Shown here in pieces: positions 54,791 through 63,081 of a stretch of DNA of 64,000 nt (positions within the stretch are counted from its first letter, which is position 1; each line of letters opens with the position of its first letter). The translations under genes were made by a program, and so were the position numbers. Source of the stretch: Clostridiaceae bacterium (GTDB taxonomy: Bacteria > Bacillota > Clostridia > Saccharofermentanales > DTU023); the NCBI GenBank assembly GCA_012799825.1, contig JAAZKK010000073.1, positions 798-64,797 on the forward strand. Direction: 5' to 3'. Below the pieces are notes generated by a model. The model was not told the origin of the DNA, ran no database searches, and saw nothing but the letters and a program-made list of their open reading frames with translations.

Positions 54791-55166
54791 CATTGTTCCA
54801 AATATGATCGGCCGCTTTGAATGACGGACTATAAGTTCACGGCATAGGCGAACTGTAAGGTTACGGTATTTAGGTGCCGTCATGCTGTAACATGACGCAA
54901 AGTTTTTATGCAAAACAGCTAATAGAACACATATTATGACTATTTTCATTATTGATTATCGTTAGAAATATGTTCAAATTAAAATGCGATCCTGTAAATA
55001 ATAACAATGCGACTGCTCTATGTGTTATGATAATATACGTATAAATCTATCAATGAGTGTTCCTATTTTGGAAGGCTTTTTGTGCGTTCTTACGCAAATG
55101 TACAGGAATTTGAAGAAGAGCCGTAAATAATATAAAGGGACACTTATTATGAGAGGAGATGGACGA

Positions 55167-56528
55167 ATGACAGAAAAAAATGTACGATTGGGTATTGATC
55201 CGATCTATTCGCTCAAAGGCATCCCCCCTGTTCAACAATTTATTTTTGGACTTCAGCAGGCAGTGGCGATGTTTGGAGCAACCGTTCTCGTGCCGCTGCT
55301 CACCGGTCTCAACGTCAACACGACGCTTCTCATGGCCGGACTCGGCACACTGCTGTTCCACGTGATTACAGGATTCAAAGTGCCTGTTTTCCTTGGTTCA
55401 TCGTTTGCGTTTATTGTCGGTTACAACATTGTCTCCGACGGTGACCCTTCAAAACTTCCGCTCGCGTCCGGCGGCATCTTCGTCGCGGGTTTAGTATACT
55501 GCGTACTCGCGCTCATCATCAAAGTTGTCGGTGTGAAGCGCGTTATGCGTTGGTTCCCGCCTGTCGTTACCGGTCCGATCATCATTGGCATCGGTCTGAT
55601 TCTCGCCCCTGTTGCTTTCAACAGCATCCAGTCGACTGTGGAATTTAAGAATGCAGCGGGCGATGTCGTAAAGTCACTTCCCGTAGGGTTAAACTGGTTG
55701 GTGGCACTTACCGCCATCTTGGTGATTATTATCTGCAACATCTGGGGAAAAGGCATGATCCGCGTCATTCCAATCCTGATCGGAGTGGCAGCTTCCTACA
55801 TTGTCGCACTAATCGTCGGCATGGTCGACTTTACCGCACTAAAGGAAACGGGAAGCGTTCTCGCGATTCCGATCTTTAAGGAAAACATCATGAAGTTTGA
55901 TATCAGTGCGATCATCACCATCGTGCCTATATCGTTGGCGACGATGATGGAGCACGTCGGCGATATCTCAGCCGTCTCCGCAACAGTCGGTCGCAACTAC
56001 ATGGCGGATCCCGGTCTCCATCGCACGCTGATCGGCGACGGTCTCGCCACGAGTATGGCAGCTATTTTCGGAGGCCCTGCTAACACCACATACAGTGAAA
56101 ACACCGGTGTTCTCGCGCTGACACGGATATTTGCTCCGGGCGTCATGCGCATTGCCGCGGTCATCGCAATCGTCGCAAGTCTCTTCCCTCACGTCGGAAG
56201 CTTCATCCAATCAATCCCGGGACCTGCCATCGGCGGCGTATCTTGTATCCTTTACGGTATGATTTCCGCTATCGGTGTCCGCAACCTCATCGAGAACAAA
56301 GTTGACCTGACGAAAGCGCGCAACCTGATGATCGTCACTGTTGTCCTCGTATCCGGTCTCGGCATCAGCATGGGCGCTGCGGGCGGAATCATCTTCAAAG
56401 TTGGTGAAGCCACGATCAACCTTTCCGGTCTGGCGGTTGCCGCGATTCTCGGCATCCTTCTGAACGCCATCCTCCCCGGCAAAGACTATGAATTCAAAGA
56501 TGAGGACCTAGGAATCAAAGAGGAGTAA
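55167..56528 (+). CDS. NCS2-family nucleobase:cation symporter (uracil/xanthine permease, UraA/PyrP-like)
   Basis: GLQQAVAMFGATVLVPLLTG is a uracil-permease-like motif, and the protein has 12-14 TM segments. The ATG at 55167 has gaggag 8 nt upstream. Confidence 0.85.
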   Translation: MTEKNVRLGIDPIYSLKGIPPVQQFIFGLQQAVAMFGATVLVPLLTGLNVNTTLLMAGLGTLLFHVITGFKVPVFLGSSFAFIVGYNIVSDGDPSKLPLASGGIFVAGLVYCVLALIIKVVGVKRVMRWFPPVVTGPIIIGIGLILAPVAFNSIQSTVEFKNAAGDVVKSLPVGLNWLVALTAILVIIICNIWGKGMIRVIPILIGVAASYIVALIVGMVDFTALKETGSVLAIPIFKENIMKFDISAIITIVPISLATMMEHVGDISAVSATVGRNYMADPGLHRTLIGDGLATSMAAIFGGPANTTYSENTGVLALTRIFAPGVMRIAAVIAIVASLFPHVGSFIQSIPGPAIGGVSCILYGMISAIGVRNLIENKVDLTKARNLMIVTVVLVSGLGISMGAAGGIIFKVGEATINLSGLAVAAILGILLNAILPGKDYEFKDEDLGIKEE

Positions 56529-56592
56529 AACTTCATGACAACACTGAGGTGACAAAAACACACACTGCCTCCGTGTAACTGAAAGAAAAATG

Positions 56593-56628
56593 AAGACCGT
56601 TCTCACCGTGAGGCGGTCTTCTTTTTTT
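56593..56628 (+). terminator. rho-independent terminator after the permease gene
   Basis: gaagaccg (56593-600) pairs with cggtcttc (56614-21) and is followed by a T7 run. Confidence 0.8.
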
Positions 56629-56725
56629 GTGATGATTGTCACTTACGGTATAGGCAGATTTCGTATAAACTTATATTGACACGATAAAGTCAGGTATATA
56701 CAAAAAAGAAAGGACACATGACATA

Positions 56726-57256
56726 ATGAAATGCGCACTAGACCATTTAAAAGAACGCCGCAGCGTCCGCGGATATACGGATGAACTCGTTCCTGAAGAA
56801 ACGCTCGATAAAATATTGGAAGCCGGCCTATATGCCGCATCCCCACGTCAAGATACGGTTCTCATCGCCGTGCAGGATCCCGAAACCGTCGCAACACTAA
56901 AAAAACTCAATGCTAAAATCGTCGAAGAACAACGTGGCGAACCGGCTTCGGATCCTTATTATGGCGCACCGACTATTATCGCCGTCATCGCTAAGAAAGA
57001 CAGCAGCTGCGCCGTCTACAACGGCAGCTTGGTGCTTGGCAACTTGATGAACGCGGCTTATGCTTTGGGAGTTTCATCCTGCTGGATCCACCGCGCAAAA
57101 GAGGTGTTTGAACTTGATGAAGGAAAGGCGCTACTCAAAGAATGGGGTCTCGACGATGAATACATCGGAATCGGCAATCTGGCGCTGGGCTATCCGTCAG
57201 GCGATTACCCTGTAGCAGAACCTCGCGATGAAAAACGCGTCATTAAAATCCTGTAG
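56726..57256 (+). CDS. nitroreductase-family (FMN-dependent) oxidoreductase
   Basis: 176 aa. It has the typical N-terminus RRSVRGYTDELVPEETLDKILEAGLYAAS and a nitroreductase-like core (SCWIHRAK). Confidence 0.75.
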   Translation: MKCALDHLKERRSVRGYTDELVPEETLDKILEAGLYAASPRQDTVLIAVQDPETVATLKKLNAKIVEEQRGEPASDPYYGAPTIIAVIAKKDSSCAVYNGSLVLGNLMNAAYALGVSSCWIHRAKEVFELDEGKALLKEWGLDDEYIGIGNLALGYPSGDYPVAEPRDEKRVIKIL

Positions 57257-57327
57257 AAAATTTATGTTAACGAGAGGATTCCAGATCTTGGATTATAGAT
57301 CCTTGATTATATAAGGGGAAAATGACC

Positions 57328-57747
57328 ATGAGCGATCGAAAAATCTCTTTCCTTCTCGCCGTCAACGGAACACTGATGCGCGGTTTAGAACTTGAACACA
57401 ACATGCTCGACAACGGCGCATCCTTTGAGTATGAAGCGAAGACTGCGCCGTGCTACCGTTTGTGGAGTGTCAACGATGCGTACCCTGCGATGATTCGGGT
57501 AGCAACGGAAGACCCCGACGCGGCGGCCATCGACGTCGAGGTATGGCGTGTCCCCGCCTTAGGGCTCGCCCACATCCTTGATGGCGAACCTCCGGGGCTT
57601 GCCATCGGCAAAATCAAACTCGATGACGACCGCATCGTCTTCGGTGTCATCGCTGAACCGCTAACCGTCAAGAACATGCGAGAAATCACATCTTTTGGCG
57701 GCTGGCGTGCTTATATTAAATCGATCGCCAAGTCAGACGACAAATAG
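57328..57747 (+). CDS. stand-alone allophanate hydrolase C-terminal-domain-like protein (GGCT/AIG2-like fold)
   Basis: LAVNGTLMRGLELEHNM ... YRLWSV...YPAMI ... VEVWRVP ... GLAIGKIKLDD...VFGVIAE ... EITSFGGWRAYI. This matches, from memory, the C-terminal domain pattern of allophanate hydrolases (…DIT.fGGWRaY). The start is 57322 or 57328. Confidence 0.55.
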   Translation: MSDRKISFLLAVNGTLMRGLELEHNMLDNGASFEYEAKTAPCYRLWSVNDAYPAMIRVATEDPDAAAIDVEVWRVPALGLAHILDGEPPGLAIGKIKLDDDRIVFGVIAEPLTVKNMREITSFGGWRAYIKSIAKSDDK

Positions 57748-57791
57748 ATGAATGAAAAACGGTCACGGACGATAACATTTTTCTCAAAATG

Positions 57792-57840
57792 AAAGGGATG
57801 CGGCAGGTCGCAACAGTGCGGTCTTTACCACATCCCTTTT
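57792..57840. terminator. bidirectional terminator hairpin between convergent genes
   Basis: aaagggatg (57792-800) pairs with catcccttt (57831-39). It is flanked by an A-run and a T-run. Confidence 0.6.
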
Positions 57841-57972
57841 ACTTTGATTTTTTGTATCTCGATTGGCCAGTGATAAACCTAATTGGTCGAGAAAACAAGA
57901 TTACGCTTTATTCACAATGTGCTTCCCGGAGGCATGAGTCTTCGGGATGCACATTGATTTTAGTTTAAGCGC

Positions 57973-58770
57973 TTAGTCCTCTTCGTCGAAGGCGACGACA
58001 CGGCAGAACGCAGATTCGCCATACTGGAATTTCCAGGGGAACGTTCCGATGATCAGGCGCTTGTTCAGCACTTTGTCAACTTCGCCGCCGGCGCATTCGA
58101 CGTGAATGATCTCCCAAGGCTGCGGGAAGAGCATCAGGTGCATCGCCTGATAGGCTTCGGGCCAAGGATAAAGCTCGTTCAAGCCTTTACCGTAACGCTT
58201 CTTCATGTATTCGTCACAAGCTTTCGCTTCAACAGGCTCCCAGTCACGGATCTTGGTGTTCATCGGGTGGTCGGCGGAACCGCAGTCCACGATGATGTAC
58301 TTGAGTTCCATTTCTCTTGCCCAAGCGGGGAAATCCATGGAGGGGCCGGGATGACGCAGCATGTAACGGCGCTCATCAGGCTCTTCGCCGTCCAAGCTGT
58401 ACTTGTGATAACCCGTGTTGATGAAGAGAATGTCGCCTTTTTTCACTTCGACGCGATCCATGATGTCTTGCGGTGTGTAGATGGACCAGTCTTCCGCGAT
58501 GTCGGAGACGTCAGCGACGACGCCGGGGCCACAGAGTTTTTCTAATTCCAGAGCCGCGATGTCGCGACCGCCCGTGTCAAAGTGCATCGGTCCATCAAGG
58601 TGTGTGCCGACATGGTTCGACGTCTTGATGATCATGCCGTTCGCTCCGTTCGGAGCAAGGCGCTTGAAGTATTTGACATTCAAGGGTTCATACGTCGGCC
58701 ATGGCGGCGTCATATGGTTCGTGTTGATTGTCAAATCGTACATTTTAACTTTGTCCCAATTCTTAATCAT
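57973..58770 (-). CDS. cyclase-family protein (kynurenine formamidase-like metal-dependent amidohydrolase fold)
   Basis: The SNHVGTHLDGPMHF motif is the cyclase family signature HxGTHxDxPxH. 265 aa. Confidence 0.75.
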   Translation of the reverse strand: MIKNWDKVKMYDLTINTNHMTPPWPTYEPLNVKYFKRLAPNGANGMIIKTSNHVGTHLDGPMHFDTGGRDIAALELEKLCGPGVVADVSDIAEDWSIYTPQDIMDRVEVKKGDILFINTGYHKYSLDGEEPDERRYMLRHPGPSMDFPAWAREMELKYIIVDCGSADHPMNTKIRDWEPVEAKACDEYMKKRYGKGLNELYPWPEAYQAMHLMLFPQPWEIIHVECAGGEVDKVLNKRLIIGTFPWKFQYGESAFCRVVAFDEED

Positions 58771-58856
58771 GTTTTACCTCCGTAGTAAAGTTAGAAATGT
58801 AATGCTATGGTCTGCCCGAAAAGGACGATCCTATTCGGGTAATTCCTATACCAATC

Positions 58857-60128
58857 TTAGTCCAGAAGACCTTCATTGTCGAGCATTTCGACAAAGGCTT
58901 GCAGTGCGTCTTCGAAGCACTTCATCGGCGGACGGACGACGCCTGCGCCGACCTGGCCGACACCGGCGTGTTTCGATGCGATACCCGTGTTGATGACCGG
59001 ACGGATCTGCGTCTCGATGACTTTTCGAATATCGATACCCGTCGGAGTGCCGCGGAAATTCATGTTCGGCATCTTGTAAGCGACACTTTCTTCGAGTGTG
59101 ATTTCATACATGCTTGTGGTGTACTGTACGGCGTCTGCCGGAGTGCCGCCGACAAATTGTACGATCGCCGGAGCGCTTGCCATAGCAAATCCGCCAATCC
59201 CGGATGTTTCTGTAATGCAAGAGTCGCCGATATCGCGGTTCGCATCTTCCATCGAATAACCGGGGAAATAGAGTCCGTCGATGATCTCTGCAGGGGCTGT
59301 GAACCAGCGATCGCCCAGACCCGCAACACGGATACCGAATTCGGTGCCGTTGCGCGCCATGGTATAGACAACTGTCGAGTACTTCACTTTGCCGACAGGA
59401 TCCATCGTGCATTTGGCACCCGGCATGGACAAGTTGAGATAAAAGTGATCATTTGAATTCAGGAAATCAAACACTTTTACCTTGTCTTCCTCACTGGCAT
59501 TGGTTTTCACGATGCTGGACGCGATCTCGCGGATAAACAGTGAGGTGCCCGCCTTGTTTCGATTGTGCACTTCATCGCCCATCTGAAGCGCCTGAGCGTT
59601 CATGCTCTTGATGTCGATCGGCCCGTGAATTTCGAGCGCTTCTTTCAGGATCGGATAGAGTGTCTTCTCCATCCAGTTCAGATGCTTAATAACGTTTTCG
59701 CCGTATGCGCCGAAACGAAGCACTTCACCAAGTCCTTCGTTCATCGTGCAGTAGGCATAGTTGCCTTGATCCATATTCTTGACAATAAAAACAGGCATTT
59801 TTGCGGTCACAACGCCGGCCATCGGGCCAACGGCAGAGTGATGGTGGCAGCTGTCAAAATCAATCTTTCCGGACGCGGCAAGTTCTTTGGCCTCGTCTAC
59901 CGTCTCAGCGAGTCCCTGATAGATAATACCGCCAACCACAGCACCGCGCAGCGGTCCGGACATGTCTTCCCATTTCACGGGAGGACCCGCGTGCAGTATC
60001 AAATTATCGCGCATGCCGGGAAGTGTGTCTTTTGCAATACCCATTCCGATCAGTGTCGGCTGAGCGTCCTGCATCAACTTTAGTGCTTCTTTGTTGGCTT
60101 GATCAATGAAATTGGCCATATTGTTCAT
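58857..60128 (-). CDS. DUF1116-family protein (YlbE-like)
   Basis: 423 aa. ANKEALKLMQDAQPTLIGMGIAKDTLPGMRDNLILHAGPP...CHHHSAVGPMAGV...NEGLGEVLRFGAY matches my memory of YlbE/DUF1116 proteins. It is adjacent to fdrA. Confidence 0.7.
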   Translation of the reverse strand: MNNMANFIDQANKEALKLMQDAQPTLIGMGIAKDTLPGMRDNLILHAGPPVKWEDMSGPLRGAVVGGIIYQGLAETVDEAKELAASGKIDFDSCHHHSAVGPMAGVVTAKMPVFIVKNMDQGNYAYCTMNEGLGEVLRFGAYGENVIKHLNWMEKTLYPILKEALEIHGPIDIKSMNAQALQMGDEVHNRNKAGTSLFIREIASSIVKTNASEEDKVKVFDFLNSNDHFYLNLSMPGAKCTMDPVGKVKYSTVVYTMARNGTEFGIRVAGLGDRWFTAPAEIIDGLYFPGYSMEDANRDIGDSCITETSGIGGFAMASAPAIVQFVGGTPADAVQYTTSMYEITLEESVAYKMPNMNFRGTPTGIDIRKVIETQIRPVINTGIASKHAGVGQVGAGVVRPPMKCFEDALQAFVEMLDNEGLLD

Positions 60129-60322
60129 TCCTTCCTTTCCATTTGCTTAAACAATATTTCTTTCTATTTGTACACCGCCAAATGTATCGGTGTCATATAA
60201 AAGCGGATATGCGGGGTGTCTCCGCGTTCCGACGGCTTCCTGTTGAACACAAGCGCCGTGTGGGGTTTATCGTGTCATATACGCGTGATGTACTGCTAGA
60301 GGCACAACGCACGTAACGGTTC

Positions 60323-60496
60323 TTATATTGATTTCATGCGCGCAAGAAGCGCCGCCATTTTCTCGTTTCCACCGGCGGCAGGCTTCCAGTTGACATGAAT
60401 GGCAGATACATCTTGGGATTTCATATCTTGATAAAAAGATTCAAGCCCCATGTTGATGACCTTCAATTCGCTCTTAAACAATTCATTCACTTTCAT
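60323..60496 (-). CDS. unlisted small ORF (57 aa) between fdrA and the DUF1116 gene
   Basis: Below the 60-aa track cut-off. Hand translation gives MKVNELFKSELKVINMGLESFYQDMKSQDVSAIHVNWKPAAGGNEKMAALLARMKSI. aaggaaaggag lies about 8 nt upstream of the ATG, which is 18 nt after the fdrA stop. Confidence 0.45.
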   Translation of the reverse strand: MKVNELFKSELKVINMGLESFYQDMKSQDVSAIHVNWKPAAGGNEKMAALLARMKSI

Positions 60497-60514
60497 GTTG
60501 ATGGACTCCTTTCC

Positions 60515-62080
60515 TTATTCAGAGACACGAGCGAGTATGCGATCGACAAGTCGAACGGCCTGCATGTTTGACGGCATAACAATGACACCGGCTTCTTTTA
60601 GTTCGTTTACCGACTTCTCCAAATCCTGCGGATCTTTATCGGTGCCGCAGACGGAGGCGACAACAACGAGCTCTTTACCTTCTCCGGCAAACTTTGCGCG
60701 TGCGCTGTTGACCGATTCGGCGACTGCGCCGGCAGGATCCGCATTTGAACCGTAACCTAATACACAATCGAGGAGCACGACCGCCGTCGTTCCGTCGACG
60801 TGAGATTCGAAAAACTCCGATCTCGTCAGCGGATCGATCATCGGGTGCGGACGGCCGCGAGTGAATTCGTCTTCACCGAGATCTAAGCAGATGTGCCCTT
60901 TTACTTCGCCCTCTAATGCTTCGATCGCCATGTCAGGTGTCATCGGGATGTTGGAATAAATCTTGTAGTTCTCACCGAGGAACTTCATCGCTTCATCAGT
61001 CAGCGTGCCGCCGGTATAGAGACCGCGCAGGTTTTTTTGATCCGGTTTCAATGAAGCAACTGCTTTTTCCACAATTGCTTCAATGTCTTCTTCCGTTGCA
61101 TCAAAGCCTTCAAAGTCGGCAATCTCCTCGCCTCTTAACGCTGCGACGGCTTTGCGAGCGGCATCTTCCAAACTTACACAAGGGATCGCGCCGGCTTCGA
61201 GAATTGCCTCAGCGTCTCCGCCGATGAAATCGACCACGACAGGCTTTTTACATTCGCGAACCTTGTTTAAGATTTTCTTTTCCACGGACGGTGCCGGCGG
61301 TTTCGATATGAGCACAATCACTTTCGTCTCAGGATCGTTCTCCAGCGCGTCGATGCCAAGTGACATCATGAGGCCGCCAATCCGTTCGGAAAGATCGCGA
61401 CCGCCGGTGCCGATAACTTGGGAAACGCCTTCGCCAAGCTTATCAATGCATACGGTCACTTCCTGTGTACCGGTTCCTGAAGCCCCCACCACACCGATGG
61501 CGCCACGGCTTAACACGTTGGCAAAACAAAGCGGTACACCATTGATGATTGCCGTTCCACAGTCAGGACCCATCATCAGAAGTCCTTTTTCAACGGCTTT
61601 CTTTTTGAGCTTGAGTTCATCTTCGACCGACACGTTGTCTGAGAAAAGCATGACGTTCAAACCTTTATCCAACGCATCTTCCGCTTCGCGGGCGGCGTAA
61701 CGGCCGGGAATTGAGATCTGCACGAGATTGGCGCCTTTGAGGTGTTCGACCGCGGAGCTCAATGTTGGCGGCTGATAGTCGCCGGCTGATGCATCCTGTT
61801 TTGCATTGATCTGTTCGTCGAAAGCCTGTATAATTTGCTCCATCGTGCATTTCGACTCGTCATACTTCGCCGCGATGAAAAGATCGTTAGGCGTGATCCC
61901 CTCGAGCTCCGGCGTCGCCAGGCTCAATTTTTCTACGAGATCTACGTTCAGATCGGTACCCATGCCAACGAGCACTTCATCAACGCCTTCGATTTTCTTC
62001 AACTCGCGAGAGATGATCATCAGCGTGACAGAGTCATAGTAGGCATTTTTTCTTACCATACTGTTTACATTCATTCGCAT
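60515..62080 (-). CDS. fdrA: FdrA-family protein (succinyl-CoA-synthetase-alpha-like CoA-binding/ligase fold)
   Basis: N-terminus KNAYYDSVTLMIISRELK (FdrA-like) and SCS-alpha-like blocks (VGASGTGTQEV, TGGRDLS). Confidence 0.8.
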   Translation of the reverse strand: MRMNVNSMVRKNAYYDSVTLMIISRELKKIEGVDEVLVGMGTDLNVDLVEKLSLATPELEGITPNDLFIAAKYDESKCTMEQIIQAFDEQINAKQDASAGDYQPPTLSSAVEHLKGANLVQISIPGRYAAREAEDALDKGLNVMLFSDNVSVEDELKLKKKAVEKGLLMMGPDCGTAIINGVPLCFANVLSRGAIGVVGASGTGTQEVTVCIDKLGEGVSQVIGTGGRDLSERIGGLMMSLGIDALENDPETKVIVLISKPPAPSVEKKILNKVRECKKPVVVDFIGGDAEAILEAGAIPCVSLEDAARKAVAALRGEEIADFEGFDATEEDIEAIVEKAVASLKPDQKNLRGLYTGGTLTDEAMKFLGENYKIYSNIPMTPDMAIEALEGEVKGHICLDLGEDEFTRGRPHPMIDPLTRSEFFESHVDGTTAVVLLDCVLGYGSNADPAGAVAESVNSARAKFAGEGKELVVVASVCGTDKDPQDLEKSVNELKEAGVIVMPSNMQAVRLVDRILARVSE

Positions 62081-62139
62081 CTACTCCTTACTTTTTCGTG
62101 TTTCCCTTCACGGTCTAGTTGTATATTCTTTTTTATTAG

Positions 62140-63081
62140 TTAATTACTGTTACGCCATGTTTCCATGAGTTGCTGCATCGCGCAGAGTCCAAACAGAAAA
62201 TCTGATCCTGATGAAGCGCCGAACTGAAGCGCACTTGTAGCAGCATCCACAAGCGCATTTGTGTCACCTCCAAGCAACGCGCCGAGCACACTAAGGTATA
62301 GACCGCTGGCCTTGCCTTCTGCCGCGTGTTGAATCATGGAAGCGCTGACAAGCGTCGTTTGCTTCTTTGCCGCAGAGACAACATGTTCTATGAATGCCGA
62401 ACGCTCTTTCTGTTGAGTGCTCCCAACGTTCTCGTCATAATAAAGCGACAGCAATACGGCCGACATAAAATCGTCACACGAAGGCGTGAGTCCGGGACCA
62501 AAGCCGATTAGCATCATCACCTGTCTGCCGGCTGTATGCCAATCCTGTCGCTTCACCGCCCGAAGGAACAGAACCATATCGTGGAGGATAAACCGGCAAT
62601 ACACGTTGTCACAATCAGCGACGGACACGTCTTCCCAAGTATCCAATACACTAACCAGAGATGCGATTCCCAAGGAATCATGCTTGGCAACGATGGTCTT
62701 AAGCTGTTTCAACGCCTGAAGGCGTGCTTTCGCGCTCCCGTATTTCACGTTTTGAAGATAGGGCGTCCATCGCTTTGCGTCCTGAAGTTCAATGCGACAT
62801 TGACATGACGGCACCGTAAGCATCGGGAAACCCGTATATTCCACGGAATCGTCGACGAGGAAAGGCCATTCAAATGGTTCGCCAACGTCAAGCGTCAAAC
62901 CCATCGGCATGATGTCACGTGATGCCGTAACCATCGTAATCAGATCGTCCTCCGGCGTTACAAGATTGACGGACGTTTGGAATACGGAGTGTACACGCAT
63001 TTTCAGATAGCGTTTCTCGACGAGATACGAGTGCAAATCTTCTGCGATGCGACTCGCTTTCAATGTACGAATCGTCTTCAC
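62140..63081 (-). CDS. hypothetical protein, possibly DUF2877/YlbF-like (assignment by gene context only)
   Basis: 313 aa. The GTG start overlaps the regulator stop and the gene lies immediately upstream of fdrA. I recognised no motif; the assignment rests on the fdrA-ylbE-ylbF association known from E. coli. Confidence 0.4.
   Translation of the reverse strand: MKTIRTLKASRIAEDLHSYLVEKRYLKMRVHSVFQTSVNLVTPEDDLITMVTASRDIMPMGLTLDVGEPFEWPFLVDDSVEYTGFPMLTVPSCQCRIELQDAKRWTPYLQNVKYGSAKARLQALKQLKTIVAKHDSLGIASLVSVLDTWEDVSVADCDNVYCRFILHDMVLFLRAVKRQDWHTAGRQVMMLIGFGPGLTPSCDDFMSAVLLSLYYDENVGSTQQKERSAFIEHVVSAAKKQTTLVSASMIQHAAEGKASGLYLSVLGALLGGDTNALVDAATSALQFGASSGSDFLFGLCAMQQLMETWRNSN

Noticed and set aside
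54595-54801. 68-aa minus-strand ORF spanning the tRNA-Arg locus.
   Set aside because: It is the antisense of a cleanly folding tRNA and its terminator. There is no SD, and the frame is explained by the RNA gene.
55021-55148. Possible purine riboswitch or PyrR-binding attenuator immediately upstream of the nucleobase permease.
   Set aside because: I could not find the conserved purine-riboswitch junction sequences (the UAUAAU…UUUCUACC…CCGUAAAU type core) or the PyrR site (UCCAGAGAGG). Only incidental similarity was seen, such as agagccgtaaat.
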